In this document: positions 30,253 through 39,671 of the stretch, in pieces
Position numbering within the stretch: the stretch's first letter is position 1
Layout: every line of letters begins with the position of its first letter
NCBI GenBank assembly: GCA_964608025.1
Contig: CAZSLO010000023.1
Location: forward strand, 193,578-257,577
Length of the DNA: 64,000 nucleotides
Source: an uncultured Dehalococcoidia bacterium
GTDB lineage: Bacteria; Chloroflexota; Dehalococcoidia; Lucifugimonadales; CAJWER01
Direction of reading: 5' to 3'
The notes under the pieces: model-generated
Told to the model about the DNA's origin: nothing
What the model saw: only the letters and a program-made list of their open reading frames with translations
Database searches by the model: none
Translations under genes and position numbers: made by a program

Positions 30253-31256
30253 ATTACTCGGTCTAGGCGAGGATTAGTTGTTACCCCCGGAATCCTGCCT
30301 CTTTTTGCGACTGACTTGGTATCAATCTCCTGAATATTGGATGTGAATGGTATAGGTGAGGCAGATGCTATGTAGTAGCCGACACCAAAAGAGTCTACTG
30401 GAGCCTCCTGTTCAATCATTTGACTGATTCTATCGGGAGTAAATCCTCCGGTTACCATGATTTCGACGTGCTTGAAACCAGCTAGATCCAAACGAGCCCG
30501 GATTTCCTTGACCAAATTTGATGTCACTCCTCCCCTCTCGGGTGGTGTGTCTAGTCTTATGCCACGAAGTCTGTCTCGAAGACTCCGCGCTGCGTTTATG
30601 GAATCTTCAGCTTCATCTCGTAGCGTATCAACTAATGCGACTCGTGGAACTTCCTGAGGCATATGCTTGTCGAACGCCTCTATGGCTTGGCCAGCATCTC
30701 CTATAATCATATTTAGGGCGTGAGGCATGTTGCCTGCTGGTGTCACGCCGGCTAGGCGAGCGCCTTGTATAGTTGAGCACGATACACATCCGCCACGGAC
30801 GCTCGCGTAGTCCATTTCTGACGCGATGTTTGGATGAACATTTCGTGCACCCACGGCAAACACTGGTGTTCCTCCAGTGCCTCCTGCTGCTTCCACACAT
30901 TCATGGGCGGCTGTGGCCCATCCCGTAGACGATGCAAGCATACCTGATAAGGCTGTTTCATAGAGCCCAATAGACCCATATGGTGCCTTGATGCGCAAGG
31001 CCACTTCGTTTGCTTCTATTGCTTCCCCTTCTTCCAGGGCCCAAACTTCGGCCCCCGTTTCAGGCAGGATTTTGCTAAGTAGCATTTTTGTTTCTTTTAT
31101 ACCGCATAACAATCCCTTTTTTTCGGATGCGAATTCCATAGTTACGACAGGGTTAATGCTTTCGTTACGCAGGATCGTGAGGGTTCGCTGCAGATATACA
31201 TCCGCGGTATCACCTACTAGGACTGGCCTTCTTATCTCGAATTCACTGTTTACCAT
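30249..31256 (-). CDS. Nicotinate phosphoribosyltransferase (short QPRTase-like type)
   Basis: TADVY, GARNVHP, GNMPHAL, ALVDT, GIRLDTP..RGG, FGVG, AKRG. Confidence 0.85.
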   Translation of the reverse strand: MVNSEFEIRRPVLVGDTADVYLQRTLTILRNESINPVVTMEFASEKKGLLCGIKETKMLLSKILPETGAEVWALEEGEAIEANEVALRIKAPYGSIGLYETALSGMLASSTGWATAAHECVEAAGGTGGTPVFAVGARNVHPNIASEMDYASVRGGCVSCSTIQGARLAGVTPAGNMPHALNMIIGDAGQAIEAFDKHMPQEVPRVALVDTLRDEAEDSINAARSLRDRLRGIRLDTPPERGGVTSNLVKEIRARLDLAGFKHVEIMVTGGFTPDRISQMIEQEAPVDSFGVGYYIASASPIPFTSNIQEIDTKSVAKRGRIPGVTTNPRLDRVI

Positions 31257-31437
31257 GGTTTATCTCTATAATTAATTGGATACCTTCAAAAGGTTTAGCC
31301 AAACTTGTTGTGGGGGAATTTATAGCCGTCAGTGACAGCTTTCTTATTGGATTTCGTCGGTAATGTTAACGCGCTACCTTTCTAACTGCAATGATCTTGC
31401 TACTTACTTCAAGGGATACCCGGACGCCCAGATCTCA

Positions 31438-32283
31438 TTAAATTGCTATGAAATCTGGGATAGATTCAAACCCATAATAGGTATCATCTAGTTGGCTTTC
31501 GAGCACCTTAATTATGCGTATTCCAGATGGGTCTGGGCCGAGCGGAACTCCTACAGGCCCGGAGATGATCATCCGGAATCCATCGTCTGAAGAGTACTTG
31601 TTTTTATGCCAGTGGCCTGAAAACATAGCTTCGACATGATGCTTTTTAAATAGATCTAGGAGTATACGGCGCCTTTTTATTGGTATTACCATTTGAGAAT
31701 CTGGATCGTCTCTTGTTTCTCCAAAGAGCGGGTGATGTCCAAATACTATGCATCGTTGCCCATTCTTGGTTGCGCGGCCGAGATCAGTTTTAAGGAAATC
31801 AAGCTGAGCTTCCCATTCTTGAGGAACGTGGGTCGGATCGAATGTTATGCTAGTGTTGATAACTACGAAGTGCATCATCCCTTGATCGAATGAGTAGTTA
31901 TCGTATCCAAATCGCTCTCTATATAAATTCAACAATTTGGAGGTAGGGGAATTCCCTACATCACAATTGCCCGCCGCCATATAAATTTTTATATTTGGAT
32001 TAAGCGTATTGGTTATTCGTTGTAGTTCATGGAGCTGGCTTAGGTCTTCTGGATCTTGAATCAGGTCTCCAGTAACAATTATGAACTTGGGTTTTAGCCG
32101 ATTAGCTGCGGAGATAGCCCTCTCATAACGTTCAGTCTCATAGGCAAATCCTGTACTGATGTCGATCTGAGGTGGGTGGAGTCCTCTCTCATGCATCTCT
32201 GTTCTTTTCTTGTTGTTGGTTCCGCTTAAAGTGGCCGCCATTCCCAGCTGGGTATCCGACATTTGAATGAAAAAGAAAGACAA
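31438..32283 (-). CDS. Calcineurin-like metallophosphoesterase (CPPED1-like)
   Basis: SDTQ, TGDL, GNCD, HHP, SGHWH motifs. Confidence 0.85.
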   Translation of the reverse strand: MSFFFIQMSDTQLGMAATLSGTNNKKRTEMHERGLHPPQIDISTGFAYETERYERAISAANRLKPKFIIVTGDLIQDPEDLSQLHELQRITNTLNPNIKIYMAAGNCDVGNSPTSKLLNLYRERFGYDNYSFDQGMMHFVVINTSITFDPTHVPQEWEAQLDFLKTDLGRATKNGQRCIVFGHHPLFGETRDDPDSQMVIPIKRRRILLDLFKKHHVEAMFSGHWHKNKYSSDDGFRMIISGPVGVPLGPDPSGIRIIKVLESQLDDTYYGFESIPDFIAI

Positions 32284-32333
32284 TTTTTATTCCCTTCTCG
32301 ACAATTATTCAGTTTTCTTGAATATACGGCAAA

Positions 32334-32362
32334 TTGACCGTTTTGGCACTATCCCCTAGAAT
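32334..32362 (+). promoter_or_regulatory. Sigma70 promoter giving a leaderless mRNA for the M16 peptidase
   Basis: TTGACC, 17 nt, TAGAAT, 7 nt, ATG (32370). Confidence 0.7.
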
Positions 32363-32369
32363 CGCGCCC

Positions 32370-33653
32370 ATGTATTCGTCTACTGATACTTCTTTTGAAA
32401 GAACGGTTCTTAGCAATGGTATGCGGATCGTTACAAGCACGATGCCATATACTCGTGCGGTCTCTGTCAGTATCTATGTAGGGGTCGGGTCCCGTTATGA
32501 ATCAGATGAACAAGCAGGGATCTCCCATGTACTAGAGCATCTTGTTTTCAAGGGCACCGAGTCACGTCCTAGCCCGTTAGATATTAGTGGTGGTATAGAG
32601 GGATTAGGCGGTGTTCTCAATGCTGGTACCGAGCAGGAACTGACAGTTTACTGGTGCAAAGTTGCCGCTACATATCTCGAGGAGTCGCTCGATTTACTTT
32701 TGGATATGGTTCGCAACTCCGTTTATGACCCAGATGAAATCGAACGTGAACTTAAGGTTGTGATTGAAGAACAGAATATGGTTAACGACCAGCCATCCAG
32801 TAAAGTTGAACAGTTAATCGATGGGATTCTATGGCCAGACCACCCTTTGGGACGGGATATTGGCGGAACTCATGAATCAGTTTCGAAAATGACACGAGAA
32901 ATGATTTTGGAACATGCTGAACGGTATTATTTTCCTGGAAACATCGTGGTAAGTGTTGCTGGGAATGTTGTTCATGAGAATGTTGTTAGCGTTGTGTCGT
33001 CGTTGACTAATGGTTGGTTATCACACACGATTCCTGATTGGACTAGATTTGACAGGGAGAGCCACACGCCGGAAATTCAGATAGAGTACCGGAAGACTGA
33101 ACAGTCTCATCTAGCTATAGCCTTGCCAGGGCTCCCTATAGATCACCCAGATCGTTATGCTGCAGACTTATTGAGCGTTGTGCTTGGGGAAGGGATGAGT
33201 AGTCGCCTATTTGTGGAGGTACGAGAGAAGCAGGGTTTGGCATATGAAATAAATAGCAGTAACATTCATTTTATGGATTGTGGGGCATTACTGATAATAG
33301 CGGGCGTGGATCCAAAAAATGTTCAGAGGGCTGTTTCTACCATATTAAATGAGGTCAGCTCTCTCAGGTATCAATTGCCTGAACAGGAGCTCGATAAGGC
33401 AAAACGAATGAGCACTGGAATCATGGCTTTACGCATGGAGGATACGCGGGCAGTATCGGCATGGATGGGAACCCAGGAACTACTACTGAACAGGATCCTT
33501 GAGTTTGAAGAGGTGGTTAACAGTGTCTATAAAGTGACGATCGACGATATACACCGTGTGGCTAATGACCTGCTGAAAACCGACCGACTGAAAATGGCCG
33601 TGGTGGGTCCTCATCGTGGAAGTGCACGCTTACTGCAAGTTTTGAGGTTATGA
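32370..33653 (+). CDS. M16B single-module zinc peptidase
   Basis: VGSRYE, GISHVLEHLVFKGT (HxxEH), SSRLFVEVREKQGLAY. Confidence 0.92.
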   Translation: MYSSTDTSFERTVLSNGMRIVTSTMPYTRAVSVSIYVGVGSRYESDEQAGISHVLEHLVFKGTESRPSPLDISGGIEGLGGVLNAGTEQELTVYWCKVAATYLEESLDLLLDMVRNSVYDPDEIERELKVVIEEQNMVNDQPSSKVEQLIDGILWPDHPLGRDIGGTHESVSKMTREMILEHAERYYFPGNIVVSVAGNVVHENVVSVVSSLTNGWLSHTIPDWTRFDRESHTPEIQIEYRKTEQSHLAIALPGLPIDHPDRYAADLLSVVLGEGMSSRLFVEVREKQGLAYEINSSNIHFMDCGALLIIAGVDPKNVQRAVSTILNEVSSLRYQLPEQELDKAKRMSTGIMALRMEDTRAVSAWMGTQELLLNRILEFEEVVNSVYKVTIDDIHRVANDLLKTDRLKMAVVGPHRGSARLLQVLRL

Positions 33654-33684
33654 CTTGTCCGTTTGCCTCAATAAATGCTGGAAG

Positions 33685-34236
33685 CTAAATGTTTGGCAAG
33701 TTAGCTTTTGTGCCATCATCTAGTTCTACGTCAAAAACTGTCAAGATTTTTCCTAGCATCGAATAATATCCCACCAGAATGATCAGGTCGATCGTCTGTG
33801 CAGTCCCAATCAGATGGATTATTGCTTGAAAGGTGGCATCTCGAAGAGATCCTTCATGTACGAGTTCCTTGGCTGCCTGTACAAACACCCCTTCTTTTGG
33901 AGGGAGGCCCATTGGAGCCTTCCCAGACCGGATTGCCTCGATAACTTCTTTTCGTACCCCAGATTCCAGAGCAACGGGTTCGTGATGAGCCCACTCATAC
34001 GGAACATTCATCTCCCGGGCTGTTGCAAGTATTGTGGTTTCCCTAATCGCAGGATCTAATGGTGATTTGTATCGGATATAAGCACCGACATTGGCCACAG
34101 CCTCTGCGGCATCCACACTATTTAAAAGGGTCTTAAAAACGTTCAATACGCTGCCACGTGTGCCCGAAATAGCATCGTATATGTATTGTTTTTCGACTGG
34201 GATCTCCTCTCGTGTTATTAGTGGAATCTTAGACAT
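33685..34236 (-). CDS. Carboxymuconolactone decarboxylase/AhpD-like protein
   Basis: LNVFKTLLNS, RETTILATA, YEWAHH, VGYY. Confidence 0.85.
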   Translation of the reverse strand: MSKIPLITREEIPVEKQYIYDAISGTRGSVLNVFKTLLNSVDAAEAVANVGAYIRYKSPLDPAIRETTILATAREMNVPYEWAHHEPVALESGVRKEVIEAIRSGKAPMGLPPKEGVFVQAAKELVHEGSLRDATFQAIIHLIGTAQTIDLIILVGYYSMLGKILTVFDVELDDGTKANLPNI

Positions 34237-34389
34237 TGATTTCCTCTGGCCTTGAAATTTTGGGCATCGAATTTCGGACTAGGTAAACCGATTGAATCTT
34301 GATATCTGTGTCACCTATTCTGTGTTAATAGAGTTCGTCATTTGAGCGAGTAGCCTTTTCGAGGATAATTTTTAGTACACGGTTAAAGA

Positions 34390-35052
34390 CTAATTGTTGC
34401 GGTTATCCTTAATTTTGTCGAACATAATTGGAGGGAGAGGGAAAACCCAACCACGATTAACTATGATTTCGGTTGACAGAGTTGCTGGGATTGCCACGAT
34501 GATTTCAGGTTCTACAGAGAATGAGCCGCCAAATCCACCAATTGCACTTCGTGTATGCACACCAGCGAAACCGCCCGGATCAATCCCATTATCCGCGTAA
34601 TCACTCATGCCTCCGCCAAATACCGATTGCCAACGAAACGAGAATCCGTTGGTTACAGGTGGCCCTACATTGGATGCATTCCCAGCTGGAGAAACTACCA
34701 TTCCTAGTGCCTTGACAGTATAAAGCAGGTCATTGAGGTCACCCTTGCCATCGCAATTTAGGGCCCAGTGAAGGCGCTTTATCATCTCATCCGCTGCATC
34801 TTGGGCGCCCTGGCGACCATGTTCAATAGTCTCGGGATTGTCTGTCATCGGTTCTGTTCCTGCTGTATAGCCAGAAAGGTAGACTAGGCCACTCTCGTGA
34901 AATACAACGTTGGCAATGCCTTGGCCCGATAGTGATGTAACGTTTTCCTCAAATGTTCCGAGATCAATTCCTAGTTCGTTGATCCGATCATATACGTCGA
35001 AACTTCTCCTTAGTTCGTCTGGAATAGAAGCTGCATCATAATGGTATCCCAT
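34390..35052 (-). CDS. Divergent RidA/YjgF (Rid)-fold protein
   Basis: GLVYLSG, VKALGMV, NGFS, GVHTRSAIG, VEPEIIV; GAGGA SD before ATG 35052. Confidence 0.65.
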   Translation of the reverse strand: MGYHYDAASIPDELRRSFDVYDRINELGIDLGTFEENVTSLSGQGIANVVFHESGLVYLSGYTAGTEPMTDNPETIEHGRQGAQDAADEMIKRLHWALNCDGKGDLNDLLYTVKALGMVVSPAGNASNVGPPVTNGFSFRWQSVFGGGMSDYADNGIDPGGFAGVHTRSAIGGFGGSFSVEPEIIVAIPATLSTEIIVNRGWVFPLPPIMFDKIKDNRNN

Positions 35053-35152
35053 GCTATGTCCTCGTTTGAATTCTCTGATATTAATAGTTGAACGGAGATC
35101 GAATGTTACCAGAAAGGTGTTACTTGACCAATGCTCGGGGTATGATGCGACT

Positions 35153-35788
35153 ATGACCAAAGAAGTTTCTATCGGTGTCGTAGTTTCTATTGATCAGGAT
35201 CCGACTGATTACCTGGCAGCCGTTCGGAGGGCTGGTGGAGAGCCAAAAAAAATGGTGCTCCCTGATCTGGACTGGATGAAAATGGACGGATTGTTGATGG
35301 CAGCTGGGCCTCAATCGCACGTCATTGAGGAACGAGGAACTCTAGACAAGGCAATTTCATGTGTTTCGAATGCGCTCGACCACGATTTGCCTATTCTTGC
35401 AATTGCAGATGGCTTTCTATCTTTTAACCGAGCTGCAGGGGGCTCGTTCGTGGAGTTAATTGATCATGCTGAGGATCTTGGAGAACAAGGATCTTCATCG
35501 TATCATCGAATTTATATCACGCCTGGAGGAAAGCTGGCAGCCATTGTTGGTTCTGGGGGATTCGTGAGGGTTAATAGTCGCCATAGCTTAGGGATCAGGG
35601 AGGCTCAAAAGGCGGAAGGACTTCTAGCGACTGCATATTCATTGGAAGATGGGTTAATAGAGGCACTAGAGAGCCCGGACCACAAGTGGGCTATTGGGGT
35701 ACAGTTTAGTCCCGAACGACGTATGGAAATCCCACCACACTTTGATCGCCTATTTGAAGCACTAGTCATAAAGTCGGCTGGGAATTAG
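35153..35788 (+). CDS. Peptidase C26/PuuD-like glutamine-amidotransferase-fold protein lacking catalytic Cys and His
   Basis: DYLAAVRRAGG, MDGLLM, PILAIADG (vs PxLGICRG), VNSRH, DGLIEALE, GVQFSPE (vs GVQWHPE). Confidence 0.8.
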   Translation: MTKEVSIGVVVSIDQDPTDYLAAVRRAGGEPKKMVLPDLDWMKMDGLLMAAGPQSHVIEERGTLDKAISCVSNALDHDLPILAIADGFLSFNRAAGGSFVELIDHAEDLGEQGSSSYHRIYITPGGKLAAIVGSGGFVRVNSRHSLGIREAQKAEGLLATAYSLEDGLIEALESPDHKWAIGVQFSPERRMEIPPHFDRLFEALVIKSAGN

Positions 35789-35805
35789 CCCAAGTTTTAG
35801 TAGCT

Positions 35806-36546
35806 CTAAATAGTATTGGTGCCAGGATAGTTCTTGATGAGATCTATGAGGCTTAAAACGAAGTTTCGGTCTGTGTCTGAAATCTGGAAAAGGTCTACAG
35901 AGACGCTCAGGCTGACACTTCCGCCGCTATTGAGGTTTATTAAAGTGCGGTTGGCATTTTGGGAATCGATTTGACCTATTTGGATTGATTTAGCGGGTGG
36001 CTTGCCAGCCTTGACGTGAGTTGGGCTAGCCTGTCTGACTTCCTCAGCAATGCCGCCGTAAGATCCCGACTTCGACCGGAGCTTTGCCATCTTTGCCACG
36101 GCGTTTGACATCGGTATGTCGGCTTCTTTTGCTGCATTCACGAAGAAAGAGATGGCTTTACGAAGCGTGTGCCCATCTATTGGATAGGTACTGAACCATT
36201 GACGTACCATTGCTGGAGTAGCTCTTGGAAGTTCCTCGAATGGCACGATCACATATGATTCTGTAAGGATAACTCTTAATATCATACGCCATTCTTCTAT
36301 TGTGGAATTAGCCATTTTGTCCAGAGCCTTGGTGGGGGAGTCGTCGACCAGTAGTCTTAGAAATCGCATAGCTGCTACCAATTGGGTTCCGTTGCTGCCA
36401 CTGAATTTTACCTGCCAAAAAGATCGATCGAATCTCAGCGGAACACCTTCTTCACGAAGCCAACTTCGAAGTGAGCGGAAAGTGGTAAAGCTGATGTAGG
36501 GTGGCGGAGCTAGCCTCCCTTGGCCCGAGATAGAATTCTGGTTCAT
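35806..36546 (-). CDS. DUF5343-like protein (putative DNA-binding)
   Basis: PPYISFTTF...PLRFDRSFW...SGSNGTQLVAAMRFLRL...KAISFF..AA, a low-complexity linker, and a C-terminal SGGSVSLSVSVDLF...DRNFV module; recognised from memory. Confidence 0.7.
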   Translation of the reverse strand: MNQNSISGQGRLAPPPYISFTTFRSLRSWLREEGVPLRFDRSFWQVKFSGSNGTQLVAAMRFLRLLVDDSPTKALDKMANSTIEEWRMILRVILTESYVIVPFEELPRATPAMVRQWFSTYPIDGHTLRKAISFFVNAAKEADIPMSNAVAKMAKLRSKSGSYGGIAEEVRQASPTHVKAGKPPAKSIQIGQIDSQNANRTLINLNSGGSVSLSVSVDLFQISDTDRNFVLSLIDLIKNYPGTNTI

Positions 36547-36560
36547 GCGATATGCCTACG

Positions 36561-36685
36561 ATGCCACAAAGGTAGTGGAATGATGTAGAAACCTGACTTT
36601 CAAACCTAGTGTATACCCTCAACGCAAATAATGCCACTAGCGTGTGGCATTGGCCCGGACAAAAATTGAAACTGCTTTGTGGCAT
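36561..36685. repeat. Four ATGCCAC/GTGGCAT half-sites, including an 11-bp long-range inverted repeat and an 8-bp-arm palindrome
   Basis: ATGCCACAAAG 36561-36571 / CTTTGTGGCAT 36675-36685; AATGCCAC-tagcgt-GTGGCATT 36630-36651. Confidence 0.75.
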
Positions 36686-36694
36686 GGCTAAAAT
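36666..36694 (+). promoter_or_regulatory. Sigma70 promoter of a candidate small RNA
   Basis: TTGAAA (36666-36671), 17 nt, TAAAAT (36689-36694). Confidence 0.65.
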
Positions 36695-36699
36695 GGCTA

Positions 36700-36812
36700 G
36701 GTGTTGGCTCGTAATGCCAATGCCCCCAAAAGGGACCTGCCAAGTTTGTGAGAGGCTTGAGCAGGATCCAAGGCACCCCGGAGGAGGCGCCTAGTGCGCC
36801 CCTCCGGGCTTA
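36700..36812 (+). ncRNA. Candidate structured small RNA (about 110 nt), family not recognised
   Basis: GC-rich island with hairpins TTGGC/GCCAA, GGA-CCTGC-CAAGTTT/AGGCTTG-GCAGG-TCC and CCCGGAGG-GGCGC/GCGCC-CCTCCGGG, directly downstream of a promoter. Confidence 0.55.
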
Positions 36813-36863
36813 ATACTAAATACCCGAATATATGCATGATGATAATAATCCAGATACAATATA

Positions 36864-36872
36864 TGGTATACT
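36864..36872 (+). promoter_or_regulatory. Extended -10 element for gyrA
   Basis: TGgTATACT about 125 nt upstream of gyrA ATG; overlaps a possible opposite-strand TTGACT-18-TATACC. Confidence 0.5.
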
Positions 36873-36998
36873 CTAACAAGGATACAAGAGTCAAGAGTCT
36901 AGTCGATTAATGATATAGATCGTAAGCTTAAGGGAATCTAATAATTGGATCTATCCTTCGTATCCTCAGTCTCCAAATAAACTCTCCTGGAGATATCT

Positions 36999-39521
36999 AT
37001 GGTCTTAAAAACAGAACATGGTTACATAAAGCCACAACATCTGGAAGAAGAAATGCGCACGTCCTATATGGACTATGCAATGAGTGTGATTGTATCCCGC
37101 GCACTACCGGATGTTCGTGATGGCCTAAAGCCCGTACAACGCAGGATACTTTACGCCATGCAGGGACTTGGTATGAGGCCGAATTCTTCCTATAAGAAGA
37201 GTGCAAGGCTGGTTGGAGAAGTTCTGGGTAAATACCATCCTCATGGAGATGCCTCTGTATATGATGCGATGGTCCGTATGGCCCAGGATTTCTCGATGCG
37301 GGTTCCGCTGGTTGATGGTCAAGGTAATTTTGGCAGTGTTGATAACGATCCACCGGCAGCCATGCGTTATACCGAAGCCAGGCTTAGTTCCGCGGCTGAG
37401 GAAATGCTTGCGAATCTGGATCAAGAAACCGTAGATTTCACTGAAAACTTTGATTCCAGCTTACAAGAACCAGTGCTTTTGCCTGCTAGATTGCCGAATC
37501 TTTTGGCTAACGGTGCGGCCGGTATTGCAGTTGGCATGGCTACGAACATTCCGCCTCATAATTTGTCAGAGTTGTGTGATGCTATCTATCTGTTACTAAG
37601 AAATCCAGAGGCTACAACAGCTCAGCTGATGAAGCGCGTTAAAGGGCCTGATTTTCCCACGGGCTCGACGATAATGGGTAATGCAGGGATCTATGATGCC
37701 TATGAGACTGGACGGGGCCAGATTGTAGTCAGGGCAACCGCAATTATTGAACCGATGAAACGATCAAATCGCATGCATATCGTTGTAAGTGAACTACCCT
37801 ACCAAGTAAACAAGGCTGCTCTTATAGAGAAGATAGCTAGTCTGATGAAGAGCAAGAAACTGGAAGGTCTATCAGAAATACGTGATGAATCAGACCGCCG
37901 TGGGATGCGTATAGTGATGGAATTGAGATCCGGTGCACAGGGGCTGGTAGTACTCAACAATTTATATAAACTAACCCCCATGCAGAGTACTTTCTCGGCG
38001 AATATGCTTGCCTTGGTTGACGGTACTCCTAGAATGATCACTTTACGAGATGCGTTGCTTGAATACATAAAATTCAGGCGTCAGGTTGTTGTCCGTCGAT
38101 CAGAATTCGAATTACGGAAGGCTAAGGATCGGTCCCATGTACTTGAGGGCCTGAGGATAGCACTATCTAATCTGGATGCGATCATAGCGCTGATTCGTAA
38201 TGCTGCAGATGCTGACACTGCTAAGACACAGTTGATGGAATGGCATTCACTTACATCTGTACAGGCACAGGCGATTTTGGACATGCAGTTGCGACGTATT
38301 GCCGCTTTGGAGAGAGAGCGTATAGAGAATGAATTTAACGAGCTTCAGGCTACGATCCGGGAATTAGAAGAACTTTTAAACAGTCCCGAAAAAGTAGATG
38401 CTGAGGTGAAAAAAGAAACACAAGCGGTTAAGAAAAAACATGGAGAAGAGAGACGTACAATAATCGGAGATGACCTCCGAGAGTTCAAAAGAGAGGACCT
38501 CGAAGCACACGAGCAAGTGGTGATAACTCTTAGTAAGGGAGGGTACGTAAAGCGCATACAGGCGGGTGTCTATCGTAATCAGCACCGAGGCGGCAAGGGT
38601 GTTACTAGTATGACTACGCGTGAGGATGACCCTGTGAAGCATATCCTTGTGTGCGATACCCACGACACCTTACTTTTCTTTACTAACACGGGTAGAGTCT
38701 TGCCACTAAAGTCATATGAGTTGAGAGCTGATCTTTCTCGAAATACTCGTGGCGTACCGGTAGTAAACATAATTCCACTTACAGATAAGGAACACATCAA
38801 CTCCGTGGTTGCTGTGTCAAATCTAAACAAAGAAGATCAATATTTGGTTTTGGCTACAAAGAGTGGCCAGATCAAGCGAGTTTCTTTTGATCAACTCTCT
38901 AATATTCGCCGCGCTGGACTTATAATCATGAATCTAAGGGGTAATGACGAACTCGTCACAGCCCGTCTAGCTGCAGAGGATGACCATGTGATAATGGTCA
39001 CCCAACAGGGTATGTCGATTCGTTTCCCTATAACAGAAGTAACTGCGCGTCTTCGGGCTGCGGGTGGTGTTAGGGGTGTCCTTTTGCTCAACAGAGATAA
39101 AGTTATCGCTATGGACATAGTGATTCATGATAGTAAGCTCTTGGTGATCAGTAAAAAGGGTTATGGGAAGCTTACTGATCTCAATCGATATAGAACTCAA
39201 GGTCGTGGTGGTAAAGGTATCAAGACTCTTAATGTGACTAAAAAAACTGGACAGGTGGCTGCGGCCCAGGTGATTGCGGACAGCGATGAACTATACGTAG
39301 TATCAGCGAAGGCACAGGTTCTTCGTACAAACTTATCAGAGATTCGCAGTACGGGAAGGGCAACTCAAGGTGTTACGATATTCAAACTGGAGTCTGGAGA
39401 TTCCGTAGCTTCGATAGCATGTGTATCGGAATTAGAGATACCTGACGCCGAAACGGGTGTAACCATGATCTCTACGAATGGAAAACGCAATGGCAATGTT
39501 TCGAAGAGAGACTCGAAATAG
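36999..39521 (+). CDS. gyrA: DNA gyrase subunit A
   Basis: [39 protein letters not shown] catalytic Tyr, GyrA-box QHRGGKG, beta-pinwheel repeats. Confidence 0.97.
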   Translation: MVLKTEHGYIKPQHLEEEMRTSYMDYAMSVIVSRALPDVRDGLKPVQRRILYAMQGLGMRPNSSYKKSARLVGEVLGKYHPHGDASVYDAMVRMAQDFSMRVPLVDGQGNFGSVDNDPPAAMRYTEARLSSAAEEMLANLDQETVDFTENFDSSLQEPVLLPARLPNLLANGAAGIAVGMATNIPPHNLSELCDAIYLLLRNPEATTAQLMKRVKGPDFPTGSTIMGNAGIYDAYETGRGQIVVRATAIIEPMKRSNRMHIVVSELPYQVNKAALIEKIASLMKSKKLEGLSEIRDESDRRGMRIVMELRSGAQGLVVLNNLYKLTPMQSTFSANMLALVDGTPRMITLRDALLEYIKFRRQVVVRRSEFELRKAKDRSHVLEGLRIALSNLDAIIALIRNAADADTAKTQLMEWHSLTSVQAQAILDMQLRRIAALERERIENEFNELQATIRELEELLNSPEKVDAEVKKETQAVKKKHGEERRTIIGDDLREFKREDLEAHEQVVITLSKGGYVKRIQAGVYRNQHRGGKGVTSMTTREDDPVKHILVCDTHDTLLFFTNTGRVLPLKSYELRADLSRNTRGVPVVNIIPLTDKEHINSVVAVSNLNKEDQYLVLATKSGQIKRVSFDQLSNIRRAGLIIMNLRGNDELVTARLAAEDDHVIMVTQQGMSIRFPITEVTARLRAAGGVRGVLLLNRDKVIAMDIVIHDSKLLVISKKGYGKLTDLNRYRTQGRGGKGIKTLNVTKKTGQVAAAQVIADSDELYVVSAKAQVLRTNLSEIRSTGRATQGVTIFKLESGDSVASIACVSELEIPDAETGVTMISTNGKRNGNVSKRDSK

Positions 39522-39547
39522 GAGACTGTCCTTTTAGTTGGGAACAG

Positions 39548-39577
39548 GGGCCTCGACATCATCGAGGCCCTTTTTTT
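39548..39577 (+). terminator. Rho-independent terminator of gyrA
   Basis: GGGCCTCGA-catca-TCGAGGCCC-TTTTTTT. Confidence 0.9.
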
Positions 39578-39671
39578 ATGTCGACGGATAGGTATTGTAG
39601 TGGGGAATATCGAAAATTTCTCTATAAAATTAGTGATATAACCCAAGGATGACCATGAACTCATAAAGGGA

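Noticed and set aside
36609-36894. ORF-track ORFs 36609-36794 (full 61-aa form), 36452-36685 and 36697-36894
   Set aside because: They have no SD, they span promoter and operator elements, and their composition is not protein-like; only the short 26-aa form is kept as a low-interest alternative.
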